DNA of 64,000 nucleotides, from NCBI RefSeq assembly GCF_009914755.1, contig NC_060926.1. One strand, written 5' to 3'. The notes under the pieces are model-generated. The model ran no database searches. It saw nothing but the letters and a program-made list of their open reading frames with translations, and was not told the DNA's origin. Below, piece by piece: positions 42,248 to 56,067 of the stretch (position 1 is its first letter; the number at the start of each line of letters is the position of its first letter). The translations under genes were made by a program, and so were the position numbers. The stretch is from the human T2T-CHM13v2.0 reference genome, Homo sapiens.

Positions 42248-44215
42248 TGAGACACCAAGCACAGTCATGTACTTATTCGTAAAAACATCTCTTAATACAT
42301 TTATTGTTTCCTTCCAAATCTTCCCTTTAATCTTCAACCTAAATTCATAAAACTGGCACAGTTTTGGTACTCTGTTTGATTTGATTTGTTTTGTTTTGTT
42401 TTCCTAAGGTCAGACGTAAAAAGTATCCAAGTTGTTCAAATTCTTTCTTCGTATTGGTTTTTCATTTACAACTTTTATCCATTTCTACAGTAACATCAGA
42501 AGTTATTTCAATTAAATTCAACATATTCTTTCTAAACTCCTAGAAAGTAAATACTGTGCTAGACATTGGGGTTGTGGGGTAGGAAAACATGATTCAAGCT
42601 GCATAGTAGGCCTGACCACACTTAACTAACCAAACTCTAAAGTAGTAACTCTCTACCTGAGCATCCTATCACCTTTCTTGTTTTCTTATAACGTCAAACT
42701 GATTTTTCTTGCTGGTTTCTGCCATAGCTTCTCTTTTCATTTTTGTAACTTCTTTAGCACAAAGTTATTTGATATGTGAATCCAGAAGCATGAGAATGTT
42801 ATGAAATAAATTCTGTAGATACCAAGTAGCATTTTAAAATAAACTAAAATAAGATAGAAATATAAATTGAAATAAAATAGAGTAAACAAGGAAAGAAAAG
42901 AAAATATTGGAGTCCAGTGAACATGATATTTTTGTGAAACTTCTATGTTAGTTGTGTTTGTGCATTTGTGTGTGTGTGTGAGATGGTTACTATACAAATA
43001 TGTTTATGTGGGATATGTAAATATATCATGGTGCAAAATATACTTCTTAATGTGCATTTCAAAAAGAAAGGTCACGGGAAAATAAATGTCTTGTGGGTGG
43101 TTGGAAACATTTGATATTTTCAAATTCTTGCCACTTTTGAATATGTACATCCATATAACAAAAAAATCCAACCTCTGTGCCCATAAATGGGATCATGGAG
43201 CCAGATAGTAAGCATCTGACTAATTTAGAGAGAAATTTGTTGCAGTACCTGGAGCCATGTCCTTGATTCTGCTTTATTGTGAATCCCATTCCCTGCCCAG
43301 AGTTGTCCGCATGGTATCTCAGCTGGGTGGAGAAGCCTGGTTCCTGCTGCTTATGGATGTTTGGGAGTTTACTGTACATAGTCATAAAGTATGCACACAG
43401 TCAGTGACTTTATACAAGCTCTTCCAGTTGTGAACTCAGCATTTTTCTTCTTTAATTCTTCCCACATTACCTGGTATAGAGTCCTGGATACAGAAAATGT
43501 GCAATAAATCCGTTCTGAAAATAAAGATCACAGGACATTAAAAAGTTTTATGGCCTTAATATTGGCCTTATACCAAAAGTTGATGTGTAAAAGGCTTTAT
43601 ATGTCTATGTTTCTAGGATGTTCACAATAAAATGAGTAGCACAAAGGTGCCACCATTTTTCCAAAAAGGGAATGATACTCAAAATGTGCTCTCCCTCACA
43701 AAATTCTCAAAAGACACGCAGAGAAAATACAAATTACTATTTTGATTTAATTTTTTGTTTCCAAGGAAATAGTTAAACTCCAGTTTCAGAATATCCTAAG
43801 GAGCCACTGCAAAGGAAATCATGGAGACCACTTGCCAATATGCCCTCACTATGCTTTCCTGCAGGCAGACATGCATGCTGTTTTCATGGTGTTTTACACA
43901 CACTTAGCCTCCTGCAGTACCTCCACCTGGTTCAAGCACACTACACATCTAGGACAATATAGCTCAGCAGATCTATCATTTGGGTCAGCCTCCACATGAC
44001 CATAAGCTTACTCAGGGAAAATTACTATATCTGCTGTTGAATGCAACATTAGTCTCGTGAAATTAAGAAGTGAATGAAAACCTTTGGCTTGTGAGTCAGA
44101 AACATCCAATTCCTAATTATTTCTCAGTTATCAAGGTATGTAGTCTCTCTGAGCTTTGATTTTATCAAGGAAATGGGAATAAAATGTCTAATAAATGCAT
44201 CTGGAGGGACATACG

Positions 44216-44352
44216 TTATATATGTATGTATAATATATATCTGTATATATTATATTTGTATTATGTGTATATATGTGTATTATATATATACACATATATA
44301 ATATAGAACATATATACATATCTAACATATATAATATATAACATATATATGT
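44216..44352. repeat. Degenerate (TA)n low-complexity tract
   Basis: Direct reading. Confidence 0.9.
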
Positions 44353-44687
44353 TAGTTGGTACATGATAGCCTAGACACTTAGCAGTGCCATAGAATATTA
44401 TTAAATACAGAAGCAAGGCTAAGATGCTTCAGGGACAAGACTTTAAGATTTGTCATGACTTGGAATAGCAATGTCTTGAATTTTTTTTCATCCTTTTAAA
44501 GATTTTGGCCATGTAAAACACAAAGGTTAGGGATAGGTGATTTAAAAAAAACAAGAAAAATAACATATAGTTGCCTTTCCAATCTGCTTCACGATATAAA
44601 TTCGGGCTTTAGGCCAGGTACATATGACATTAAAATTCAAACTAATTCAGTATGCTAGTATTCATAGCATTTCCATATTATTTTTGA

Positions 44688-45060
<373 letters not shown>

Positions 45061-46099
45061 TGTCACTAGTTTCTCTAAACAAAAATGAATATTTCCTCCA
45101 GGAGGATGTTAGTTTTTTTTTTCTCTCTCTTTGCAAATCATGTCACCCAAGTCTTTCAAATAAGTCTCCAGTGTCTGAGGAACCCCTCAAGACTTATGCT
45201 TTTATCCTTTACCTTGAGCACCAACTGTTATCAGAGGTGCTATAGGAACTATGCTCCAAAAACAGTCTCACTCATATCTACTAGATCCGAAACGTGTTCC
45301 AGACTTTCAGGATCAGTAATGAACTGTCAGCTTAGGCCTGTGCAAGGCAGCTTTATGGCAGCTCTGGGACTCAGACCTCCGGAGGTGGGTTTCATATGGT
45401 TCTGGCCCACTTTGGTGGCAGGGCAAATGCTAAGACCACACTTAGACACAGTATCTTCCTGAGAGTGGACCTTTGGGAACCAGTCACTTCCTCAGGTAGA
45501 AGGACTTTTAAAAATTTTAGAAGTGTCATTAGCTATGTCTGAACCCTAAAATAAAATAGAATTACTTATACAAAAAGCTATTACCTGTATTTGTGAAATG
45601 CATCTTACGTGCTTGGAATAAGTTACACTTGATATACTGACTAATAAAAAGAATTTAGGGTCAATTCAAAATGGACAATTTTTGGAGCCTAAAACCGATC
45701 ATCTTACCAATCTATATTGTAATTGCTTGTTTATATTCTTTTCTTGCACTATGCCATGAAGCCCTCCAGTGGAGACAAAGTATTCATGTTTTTTTTTTTT
45801 ATCCTCTGTAACTGTCAAATCCAGAGATTCAAAGGAGCTTTGACGGGGCGCTAATGCAACAAAAAGAGTAACACAAAATAAAAATTGGAAGATAGCTTCT
45901 GCTTTTAATGGTTCCATGAAAATTATTATAAGCAACTTTTAATGTTAAGCATATTATTTAATTATATTTATTTGTTCACTTAAAACATGTTGTCAGTTTT
46001 ATATTAAATTTTTGGTTAATCAGTATATATTAATGAATTTAATAAGTGACCAGGAAGCCTGAATCTAGAAATAACTCAAGAATTGCACAATTAAAGGAA

Positions 46100-46295
46100 A
46101 ACTGAATTTAGAGTTGGGAACCCAAGATCTGATGCCAGTTATGCCACCTACTCATTGCATAACAATGGAAAGTAATATCTGCTCTTTGAATCTCAATTTT
46201 TATATCGGTAAAATAGAGAAAATTATATATTTCCTTGTTTATGACATAGGGCTGCTGTATCAGGTGAGATAACAAATGAGAAATCATGCTTAATT
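46100..46295 (+). mobile_element. MIR SINE
   Basis: ctctttgaatctcaattttttatatcggtaaaatagag...catagggctgctgt...tgagataa. Confidence 0.7.
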
Positions 46296-46794
46296 CACCA
46301 ATAATTACCTATATCTAGCCACAGAGTAAAAATCATGATTTGCAATTAAAGTAAGCTATTTCTTTCACAGTGCCAACAGTCATGTCACAGTATTTTAAGG
46401 AATGTTAACTCTCTTCATTTATAATAGAAAATAGTTGTGTTTGCCATAGTGACTAATTGAAATCAAAATAATAAGAAGTGTTAAGGAGATGCTTCTATAT
46501 CACCCACCCCCAGCAGAAGCAAAATGTTAGAAACTGTCATTGTCTTCCTGCCTATATCACTTTGGTTTCCTCAATAAACATATTGCATGCACTGAAGTAA
46601 TGCTTTACTTGTAGAAATTTTAGAGAACAAAAATAGACACAATGCCTTCCTTGGAGACATACAATGATCCAAATAGCTACAAAAACCACGGATTGACAAG
46701 CTGATCAGGAACTTATATAATGGACAGATTAGACAGATAATATAGGAACCAAGAGCAAATCTAAATATGACATAAAGAGCAATAACAAATAATA

Positions 46795-47000
46795 TGACTG
46801 AAGTATTTATGGATGACATGACATGATGGAGCTTGTGTGAAAATAATCCAACATCAGTTGCAGAAAAGTGAGTAGGGACAGTTGAAAGAAGATTGTTCAT
46901 GTGTTGATAATTGTCCAACCTGGGTGATGGAAGTTCATTATATCGATTAGTTTGTTTGCTTATATATATTTTAATTTTTCAATAATTAAATTTATAAAAA
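46795..47000 (+). mobile_element. Old L1M (L1MC4/L1ME-like) 3' end
   Basis: aagattgttcatgtgttgataattg...ctgggtgatgg...gttcattata. Confidence 0.65.
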
Positions 47001-49689
47001 TGGAATTAACACAAATTTAAGAAGAATTTCACCCCATGCAACTACTAGAACTAGAATCACTTAAGATTTGCACAAACAAAAATACACATTTTACATACAC
47101 TCAAGCACACAATGAAGTAGAGCTATACATATGGTATGGTTGAATTCTCAATTATAGAATGAGGGAAAAATGCCCAAATATAGAGAAACTCCAGACCCTA
47201 GAAACCTGCTAAAATGACAGTGAGTAACAAATTTATTTTCCACTGCAATAAGGGCCATGTATAAAACAATGCTGTTGTTGGGTGATACAATAATAGAAAA
47301 GAGCTAATAAATTGAGATAGAGGGCTTAAAGGGGTCATTCATGTGGGCAGACTCCACTGCGGCTTTTGTCTGATGGAAAATCTTTCCCACTGCTAAATCT
47401 GAACACTCCCAAATGGCATCACTCAGGTTTAAAGGACTTGTGTGCATGCATAGTTGATTATAGGCTATTATATTACATTAATTTTAATCTGAAGAAGATT
47501 TAAGGAGCTGTTTGCTTCCAAGTGGACAAGAATTTCAAAACTGGAAGACAGTTTATAATGTCAAGGTAACAAAGAACACAAATATCAGGTATGGCTGGCT
47601 ATCGAATAGTGTTCCTCTCTGTTGCACTTAAACATTTTTTAGCATGTACCTTTGAGTCTATCGTTATTGCTGCTAGAGTCTTGGGGGGAGAATTAAAAGA
47701 ATTGTTCTTTAAGAAGTGAAAGCCTTCACTTTAGAAGGTGACAGAAGAAAAGTAACAATATCTCCACAAGCCATCTGCTTCTCATGTTGACTAAGGAGGT
47801 ATTAGGAGTCAGTGACTAATAACTACAGTGGGGAAGTATGTTCTTAAATATTCTATGGTAAAGTATACCATATTCTGTGAAATAGTAAAAAAAAAAAATG
47901 TTGTTTTGACTGTCTAAGGCACACATACACACACCTCCCTGCACCCCTGGCTAATCAATGGCTATTTTAAAATCACAACATAAACACCAAATGCTAGGTA
48001 GGAATCACCGATGCTCAGGTGTGGTTTGCAATCCATATGTACCTTATGGTAGAAGCACGTGGTATACATTAAAAGTCTGAGTTGATCCTTACGAAACTAT
48101 AATTACTTTCTTCCTAGAACTTTCCAGCCATCACAATATTATAATTGGAGAAAAGGGTATGTCCTCTGTAGAACACATGTTAACAGTAGGCATAAAATGT
48201 CATTCTACAAAATTTGTCTTTGAGAATGTTCCAATTTTTCACATCTCAGAAAGCAAGGTAGATTCTGGATTCTCACCACAACCAGGCTCTAGTGATCCCA
48301 AAGGAATCTATGACTTGAACTGGCTTTATGTGTACAGAGACCATTTAATCTTCTGAAGCTCTTTCTAGGTTATCAACTTCTTGTCAACACTGAACAGTGG
48401 CCAAAGTGTATAATACAACCTGAAATGTTGCTCTACTTGAATGCTTACTTAATAACACTATTTCTTCCTTTCTTGTACCTCTGCAAATGTAGTCTTCTAT
48501 TTCTAATAAAACAAAAATTTACACTACCAAAAAAGGGTTGAAAATCTGAATTTCATGACATTTTTTAAAAATCAGAGCAAAACCAAAGGCATCTGTCTTC
48601 ATTATTTTACCACATAAAATTAATTAGATTAAATGTTTATAACAAGAAAGTCTTTATTATACAATAAGATTCTAAACCACAATACAGAGGGGATACATTC
48701 TGAGTTTGACATTTACAGCTTTTATGTTCAATTTATGTAATTATCTAAAATGCTAAATGTAGTATATTAATGCTCAACAATTTTTTGGTAGAATTTAGTC
48801 AGTTACTAAAAATAATTAATGGTCAGCTTCATTAGAGATATATGCCATAGGAAAAGAGGGAAACCAATGCCAGAATCTCAAGATAGACAAGCAAGGCCTT
48901 ACTTTGATTACAATATTTGAGTGTGGTCACAAGCATGACATTCAGAGACTGAGGTGGCCTTCTCTCAGAACACAGTATTTTAAAACGAAGCTTGATCTGA
49001 GACAGCTAAGCTGACACATAGCTTACAGATGCTAAATCCTTCAGTCCCTAAATGTTCAGTTATTACAATGGAAGAAAAGCGTGTGCTTCTATGAACTGTA
49101 ACTGACACTAATTGTATGTGTCTGTATTTTATCCTCACTGGCTCTTCCTGGAGGGAGGGAGGGGGGACCTGTCAGAATATAAAAATTGAAAAGGGGGAAA
49201 TATTTACTATATTATTTCATGGTAGCCTATTATACTTTCAGAATGTTACAAAGCAGACAAAACTACTCTTTGCTCAGAGATCACATGGTAACAGAGGGGA
49301 ACATATCTTCCAGAAAGTATCAATATTTTACAAGTTGTTTGTTATATGTAAATCAAAAGAAGAAAAGTAATTCAAGTTTCATATTCTCAAAACTTGGTAT
49401 AGTTTGAACTACTAAGACGGCCTAGGGAGAGGACTTATCTGTGCAAAAAATAAGTAAATTAAAATGCCCTACATCTGAATCAGAAGAAAATAAGTTCATT
49501 TTTCACTTCTACTCAGAAAATATTAATTTCGGCAACCCCATTTGCTGTGATTTTTCAGCCAATGTGGATTTATATTGGAAAATTAATCAAAGAATTAGGC
49601 TCTCCAAATATCCAGTAAACATTTTCTTTAAAGGAAGTGTGTGTGAGCTGCACTTATTAAAATAAGACACACATATGGCTAGAAGTGGT

Positions 49690-49830
49690 CTCAGAATTTG
49701 TCTAATCTCATTCCTTGCTCCACTCCACTACCAGTTTCACAGCTGACAAAACACAAACCCAGAGAATGTTTATGACTGACCCAAGGTCTCAAAGCTAGTA
49801 CAAAGCCAGTATTAAAGTTGAACTGTGCAA
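49690..49830 (-). mobile_element. MIR fragment
   Basis: tgactgacccaaggtctcaaagctagt. Confidence 0.55.
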
Positions 49831-50573
49831 ATGTGCATACCCCAAAATGTCTACCCTTTTAATGAGTACAATATTGCCAACACTTTATTAAAATTTTAAA
49901 GCATCTTTTAAATTTAACTAAAAACTTAGTAAATTATTTCCAAATGCTCTTATAATTTCCCACAGCTGCCCTTTCCCATCTGTGGACCACTACAAGAAAC
50001 TTTAGATGTTGGAAGATGTAAATGACACCCAATCTCAGACAACATGAATAGATAGCAAGATAGAATTGTAGAAGTCTTTCTTCTTCCTTATGAAAATTGT
50101 GCTGTTTCTATACATACATGACCATGAACATGACTGAGCCTTTAACAAATATTGTCCAGAAGATCTGAAATTGTATTTACTATACAGCTGAAACCTTCAC
50201 AATAAAGCTTTGCTGATTTTTTTAATTACTGTGAGATTTCCCCCCTAGTTACAGCATATCCACTTCCAAGGTTAAGAAACCACATTGCTTTTAATAAAAA
50301 TTCACAAAAGAAAAATAGACTTCACATCAAAGTAGCACGCCTTGTAAACCTGGGATATATACAATTTGTTTTTCTAAAGGGCAGTGACCTCATTGAAAGA
50401 AAGGTTAAACCAGACTTTAAGATAATATGTTTATGTAAAAATAGTAGAACTGTATATTTTCAGGCCTTATTCATGTTGGGATTTAATCAGAATCTAGAGA
50501 AGATTAAGGAAATTTTCATATGTAGAAATGAAAATTGACTAAGAATTACTCTCTCCAAATATTTTATGTGTAT

Positions 50574-50598
50574 ACACACACACACACACACACACACA
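50574..50598. repeat. (AC)12 microsatellite
   Basis: Direct reading. Confidence 0.95.
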
Positions 50599-50822
50599 TT
50601 TCAGATTTCAGGAGGACCATAAGTGGTGGCATTATTTAGCCTGAATAAAGGAATAAAATATCATTCTACATGGGCCTTAACAGCTACATGAAGGACTTCA
50701 TTATTAGGAAGACATAACCTTTTAAAGCTCACTATGGCTAATGACGACCAAACTAAATAAAAGAGATTAGATTTGTGAATAGAATTCTTTAATTAGACAT
50801 GGGGAGATTGTAGAATTCTCAC

Positions 50823-51270
50823 TGTGTCAGTGCAGTTTCTCTAAGAAGCAAACAACGTGACAGAATTAGATATGCAAGAGATTTATTGGGGAAAATGCAT
50901 GCAAATGACAAAGAGGGAACCAAGCAGGAGCAGGCATAGTGAGCTTTCAAGCTATGGTGCAATTCTGACATCGACACATAAAAGGAAGGAGGACTGGGTA
51001 GCAGAATCACAGTTCTGAGAGTGTTTCAACCAGGCTGATGAGTCCCAGAGAAATTATTGTTATCAAGGGGGTCCCACATGGCAGGAATGGGCTGGCTCTC
51101 ATACTCCACCATGCTTAGTCATTGGCTAGGAGCACCCCTGAAGGGTATAGCTTTGGCATGAACATTGAAGCAGATATGAAGGTGTGGCCACTGGAGATTG
51201 TCTGCCCACTACTTCCCTTGCAACAACTTCTCTTGAAGGAAGATCTAAGCAGTGCCTCTCCACAGCCACA
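50823..51270 (-). mobile_element. ERVL solo LTR (LTR16A/B-like)
   Basis: TG...CA ends; gcttagtcattggctaggagca and tcttgaaggaagatctaagcagtgc motifs. Confidence 0.8.
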
Positions 51271-52665
51271 GCTCTGACTTTTCAGATTTTTAAAAATGTT
51301 TTAAATAAATAGTGATTTAGTTTTAAAAGTGTCAGGGACTCAGAAAGTGAAAGCAATAACTTTGGTGATCCCTTCCATCACATTCATTTTTGTTTTCAAC
51401 TTTTATTTGGCAATATGTTTAAACAAAGGAGATCCATTTTTAAACTCAATCTCAGTCTTCTTATTTTTTATAAATTAAAAACGTTTTGTTCATTCGTGTT
51501 AAGTAAGCATTTCATGACAGCCAGTGGATTAAATTAAAATAAATTTGAACTCTTATTTGAAGATGGATCATCAGCAGAATGCCTTTTGTTCTTCTAGATT
51601 GATTTAAAGCAAATTGCTCTATGTATTACAGCAATTTTAAATGTATTTAAACTTTTTTAAAATTGAGAATTATGTGAAATAGTCTAACATTTTAAGTTTA
51701 AACGAGGCAATTAGCTGGTTACAACTGGAACTACCAGGTCCTATTTAAAATAATGAGGTCTGACAGTTATGGAATCTGAATTATTCATTGATAACTAGCT
51801 TTTCCTCATCTGCAAACCACGGCTAGCATTAATAACAGAGGTGTAAGTGTGATAACCGGAGTCTGACATTAAGAACACACACACACAAGTGCTAAATTCT
51901 TATTTAATTAAAAAGGATCATGATAGCAATATTTTTCCTAAGAGAAAATCATTAGGCAAAATGTGTTTTCTCATATGTTTTATCTTTCCCTTTCTCTAAG
52001 GTAGATTTTGCGTAAGGAAATAATTGGTTTTGGTTGCATACAACAAAACAATTTATATTTTAAATATAAAGAAATATGTTTTTAAATTGTTGAATCTTTA
52101 AAATGCAATCCGTTTAGAGTTCTAGGCCCCTAATTTATAATCCCTAGAAACAAGCAAATTATATACTTCAACTTTTTAATTGAAAGAGAAAAGTAGACCA
52201 TAATAAATTACATGCAAAAAGGCAAATAACTCAATTGATGATCATTTAATTGAAGTGAATACTGTGATCACCATGAGCCAATTTACTTATTGGCAGCACG
52301 GTTCAAAAATAATAAAATAAATCAAATTGTTGCTCCCCATAATTTTGCAGCAAAGAAAGAAAACTTGCAAGAGGTCAGTAGGCATAAATCCATATTGTCC
52401 TTTACAGTCAGAAATGGTGCAACTAAAGGAGGGACTACCCTCGTATGCATGTGGGCATGGGCAAAGCTAAGAGGCATGATTATAAACTGTTCCTTTCTAC
52501 ATTGAAACATCTTTTAAAAAGGAAAATAAGCAAAAACAAAAACAAGAAATTCCTCAGTTTGTTACTCTGGTCACTGTGTGTTCCTCTCAACACTGGATCA
52601 GAATGAGTAATTCAATATCTAATTTTCCCACACCGATACTGAGGTAGTCTACTACCTATAATAAT

Positions 52666-52791
52666 CAGGTTGACTATATATCCCACTCTACCTAGGAAAG
52701 TCCTGGCTTATGCCCGTTGTTTCAGTGTAATTATTTTAAAATATACAATGAACTTGTTCATTCTCCAAATTATACCGATTTGGCCATCCTA
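52666..52791. mobile_element. MER94-like hAT-Blackjack MITE
   Basis: Degenerate TIRs caggttgacta.../...tggccatccta; internal gtcctggcttatgcccgttgt; 8-bp TSD ataataat/ataataac. Confidence 0.7.
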
Positions 52792-52799
52792 ATAATAAC

Positions 52800-53025
52800 A
52801 GTAATAAAAATGCCCACTAACTGAGGACTTACTATGAGGCAGGTTCTGAGCTAGAAGCAAGCCTAAGCATTCATCTTATTATTATATCCATTTCATAGTC
52901 GGAAAAACTGAGCTTTTGAGAGATCAAATAACTAGCCCAAAGTAATACATTTAAGTCAAGAGCCAGGATTCATACTGTGCGCAGCCTGAATATAAATCTA
53001 TGCTTTTAATCATTATACTATATTC
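52800..53025 (-). mobile_element. MIR SINE
   Basis: ctgaggacttactatgaggcagg...ggaaaaactgag...agagccaggattc. Confidence 0.75.
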
Positions 53026-55812
53026 CTACTGCTCTGCAACTTATGAAAATTCATGCCGTACAATAGAAAACTGTAAACTGAGTCATTAACATACTTCAGA
53101 TACACCCTGACATCATACACATAGCAAATTATATAAAGTATGAGTGGCAAAATAATTTTAAATTGAGGAATTTCCACAAATAAATATATACACCAAAATA
53201 GGATGAAGTAAAAGAGCTCAGTTAGATACTAGGGTCAGAAAATCTTATGTTTCAAGTTTTCTCCCTGGTATTCATCAGCAGCACAACCTAGAAAAAGAAT
53301 AAGTGACTCTAGTTAAGCCTGGAGTTTCCCAAGAGTCCAAGTAAAGAATGTTCCAAAATGGGCTTTTAGGTATGTCTCTGTTACTGGATTTATGGCTCAG
53401 TGCCTATGCATTTGTAACACAGTGGTCTCTTTAGTAAGACTTACAAAAGAAGGATTTGAGAGATGGCTTTTTTTATTAGTGCAGATATATACGCCACAAC
53501 CTGATTTTTTTTTTCTGGTACAGATGTCAGTTACAGTATACCTATCATGCTCTGCAGATTGTGTCATTGGTCAAGAAATAGAGAAACCCCAATATAATGA
53601 TGAATAATCAATGCGTCTGGCCTTTAAGTCTACCCAGAGGAGAAATGAAACACTGATATAGAATCTCACCCTGAAGGAAGAAAAACACTGAGGGTGGAAA
53701 AAGAGGGCAGGATGAGCTACCCTTGGAGGAATATAAATAGTGGAGCTGTCTAGTGTGGGGTTCTGCTTGGTTTGGTATAAAATGTTGTAAGTGAATGATA
53801 CATGAAGTTTACATCATAGTTTCTTTTTGTAATAAAACCATTAATATAAAATAAAATAAGTAAAATATAAGAATATGATTTTAGTGGGTTTTTTTCTTTT
53901 TTGACAGCTGCCCTTCTGCCCCCCTTTGTCTCCCAACTGAGCGACACAGCTTGAAGCAGATGAAGGAAGATTTCACCATGGTATGTATTGCTAATGATAT
54001 CTGGGCAGGGAATTATTATGGTTTATTCCCGTGCTAGAGTCTAGATAGACTATCTTTTAAAAAATTAATCTATATATTTGTTGTTACCTATCTCCCTAAT
54101 TTTTAATTCTTGTCTCCCTTCTCTTTCTCTCTCTCTATTTCTTCTGTTGACCGCATTTGTCCTCTAAAAGAAAATCTGGCAGAGGTATTTAAAACACCAA
54201 TACACAATCCCACTGATTATTTTATGCTAATGAATGAACTATCTAGCAATATAATATTTCACTTTTTGTGCCCTCCTGGTGGTAGCATAAGATAAATTCT
54301 AGAGTATCTTTAATTAACTAAAGGAAGCAGAAAGAAATCTCTGTGGATTAATAATATTTATGGCCCTAAAATGAACAAAATAACAGATGAAGGTGGGAGG
54401 GGTCAACTAAATGGTAGACAAATCTTAGAGAGTTAATTAAAACAAAACTCATGCTTATTTTGGCCTCTTTATCTGCATAAGGTATTGATGCCAGGGAACA
54501 ACAAATAAGAAATTTTTAACTGTTCTCATTCTTCCTCCCAGCCTATGTAGTCTAAATATTTCACCCTCCTCCTTCCTTCTACCCTCCATACCAACACACA
54601 TTTTTCTATACGTAAGCAATTAGTCTTAGTCTCAATGCCTTCTTAGAAAACTCCAGACTTTCTTCACAATGATGGTGACAAAGCTCCTCAGGTAGGGGTC
54701 CTCAAGATTTGCTTGGGTTTGTAGATTGAAATGAATCACCTACTTGAAATAAATGAAGCTACGTGCATACCAGATGTTTGATTTCCTTGTTTCTGAGGGT
54801 TGAGGGAGGACATCATTGAAGATTCTTACAGAAAAAAAATCAAAGCCATTCATAGAAAGAATTTGGCTGTAGTTATTTTTCTAAAGTCGTAGTAAAAATC
54901 AAGTTGTCATTAACAAACTGGTTATCAGAAATAACTGTTGCAAAGATGAGTCAGAATTCACAGATGGCAGGGGCCCAAGAAATCTGAGGTTGCATAAAAG
55001 AAGGAATAGCAAACTGGTCAAAGACTCACTGATGGGATCAGCTATTTGGTCTGTAGTAGCCGTCTTGGTCTTAAGATCAAACAGACAGCATCGATTTAGT
55101 TTTTGACTTTGACTGAATAGGGACAAAGACAATGGCAGACACAAAGCAAGTCAATACAAGTCTAGGATAAGACTTATATCCCTTAGTGGAATTGTAAATT
55201 AATTTCTATTTTCTTTCAGTGTTTTTGTATTTTCAAAATTTCATATAATAAAATATATTACTTTTATAGTTATTTGTGCTGCTAAAGATATAAAAACAGT
55301 AATATAATATATCAATATCAAAAATTATTAACAAGTTAAAGAACTGTTCAAGCCTGGTGCTCATAAAGAAACCTGGAGCCCTATACCGGAAAATTAAAAT
55401 AATGTCATCTTTCAAAAGAGTTGAAATCTTTGCCACCTGCTATAGTTGTCCCGGGAGGCAGGTTAAAATTCCACAATAATTGATACCCCTTTGCTGAATA
55501 ACAAAGAACACCCAGATTCTTTCCTAGGTTAAACATTAGAGGGGAAAACATCTTTAAATAACCATGATTCTGCCTGGAATAAATCCCGTGTTTTCCAATT
55601 AGGCCCAATTCCTAACCTGCAGGGTGGAGCCTCAGTGAGCAACTAGCAGTATGAAGTTGCTACAACTTCTGGCTCCTAGAATCCCCCAAAGACAAGAGCC
55701 ATTTAAGTTCAGCCTTAAATAAATTTGGTTCTCAATTCTATAATAAACATACTTTTCTTCCCCTTTCTAGAGCCCAATGAACTCATGCAATTCAGTGTTT
55801 CTCCAGAAAAAC

Positions 55813-56067
55813 TAAGGCTTCCAAGAAAGGTTGTGCAAGTTGTACACAAAGGTACTCAGCCCAGGGGGAATTTATGGGGCTAACATTGAGTTCACACTTC
55901 CCCCCATGAATTTTTGTGCCCTGGCTTGAAGCTACATCATCCTGGGGGAAAGGATGCCTTTCTGTAATTCATCTACCTAGAATGGGTGCTTTTTTGTAAT
56001 TTATCCTTGGAAAGAGAACCCTTTATTAATTCACAAACAGGTGCTACATGTGCTAGTAGTGATCATG
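55813..56067. mobile_element. MER91-like hAT-Tip100 MITE
   Basis: aggttgtgca...cccaggggg...ggggct; three internal copies of a gcctttt..taattc-like unit; TSD agaaaaac/agataaat. Confidence 0.6.

Noticed and set aside
54268-54286. CTCF-like motif tgccctcctggtggtag
   Set aside because: Needs a gap or 2-3 mismatches in the core; unsupported without ChIP data
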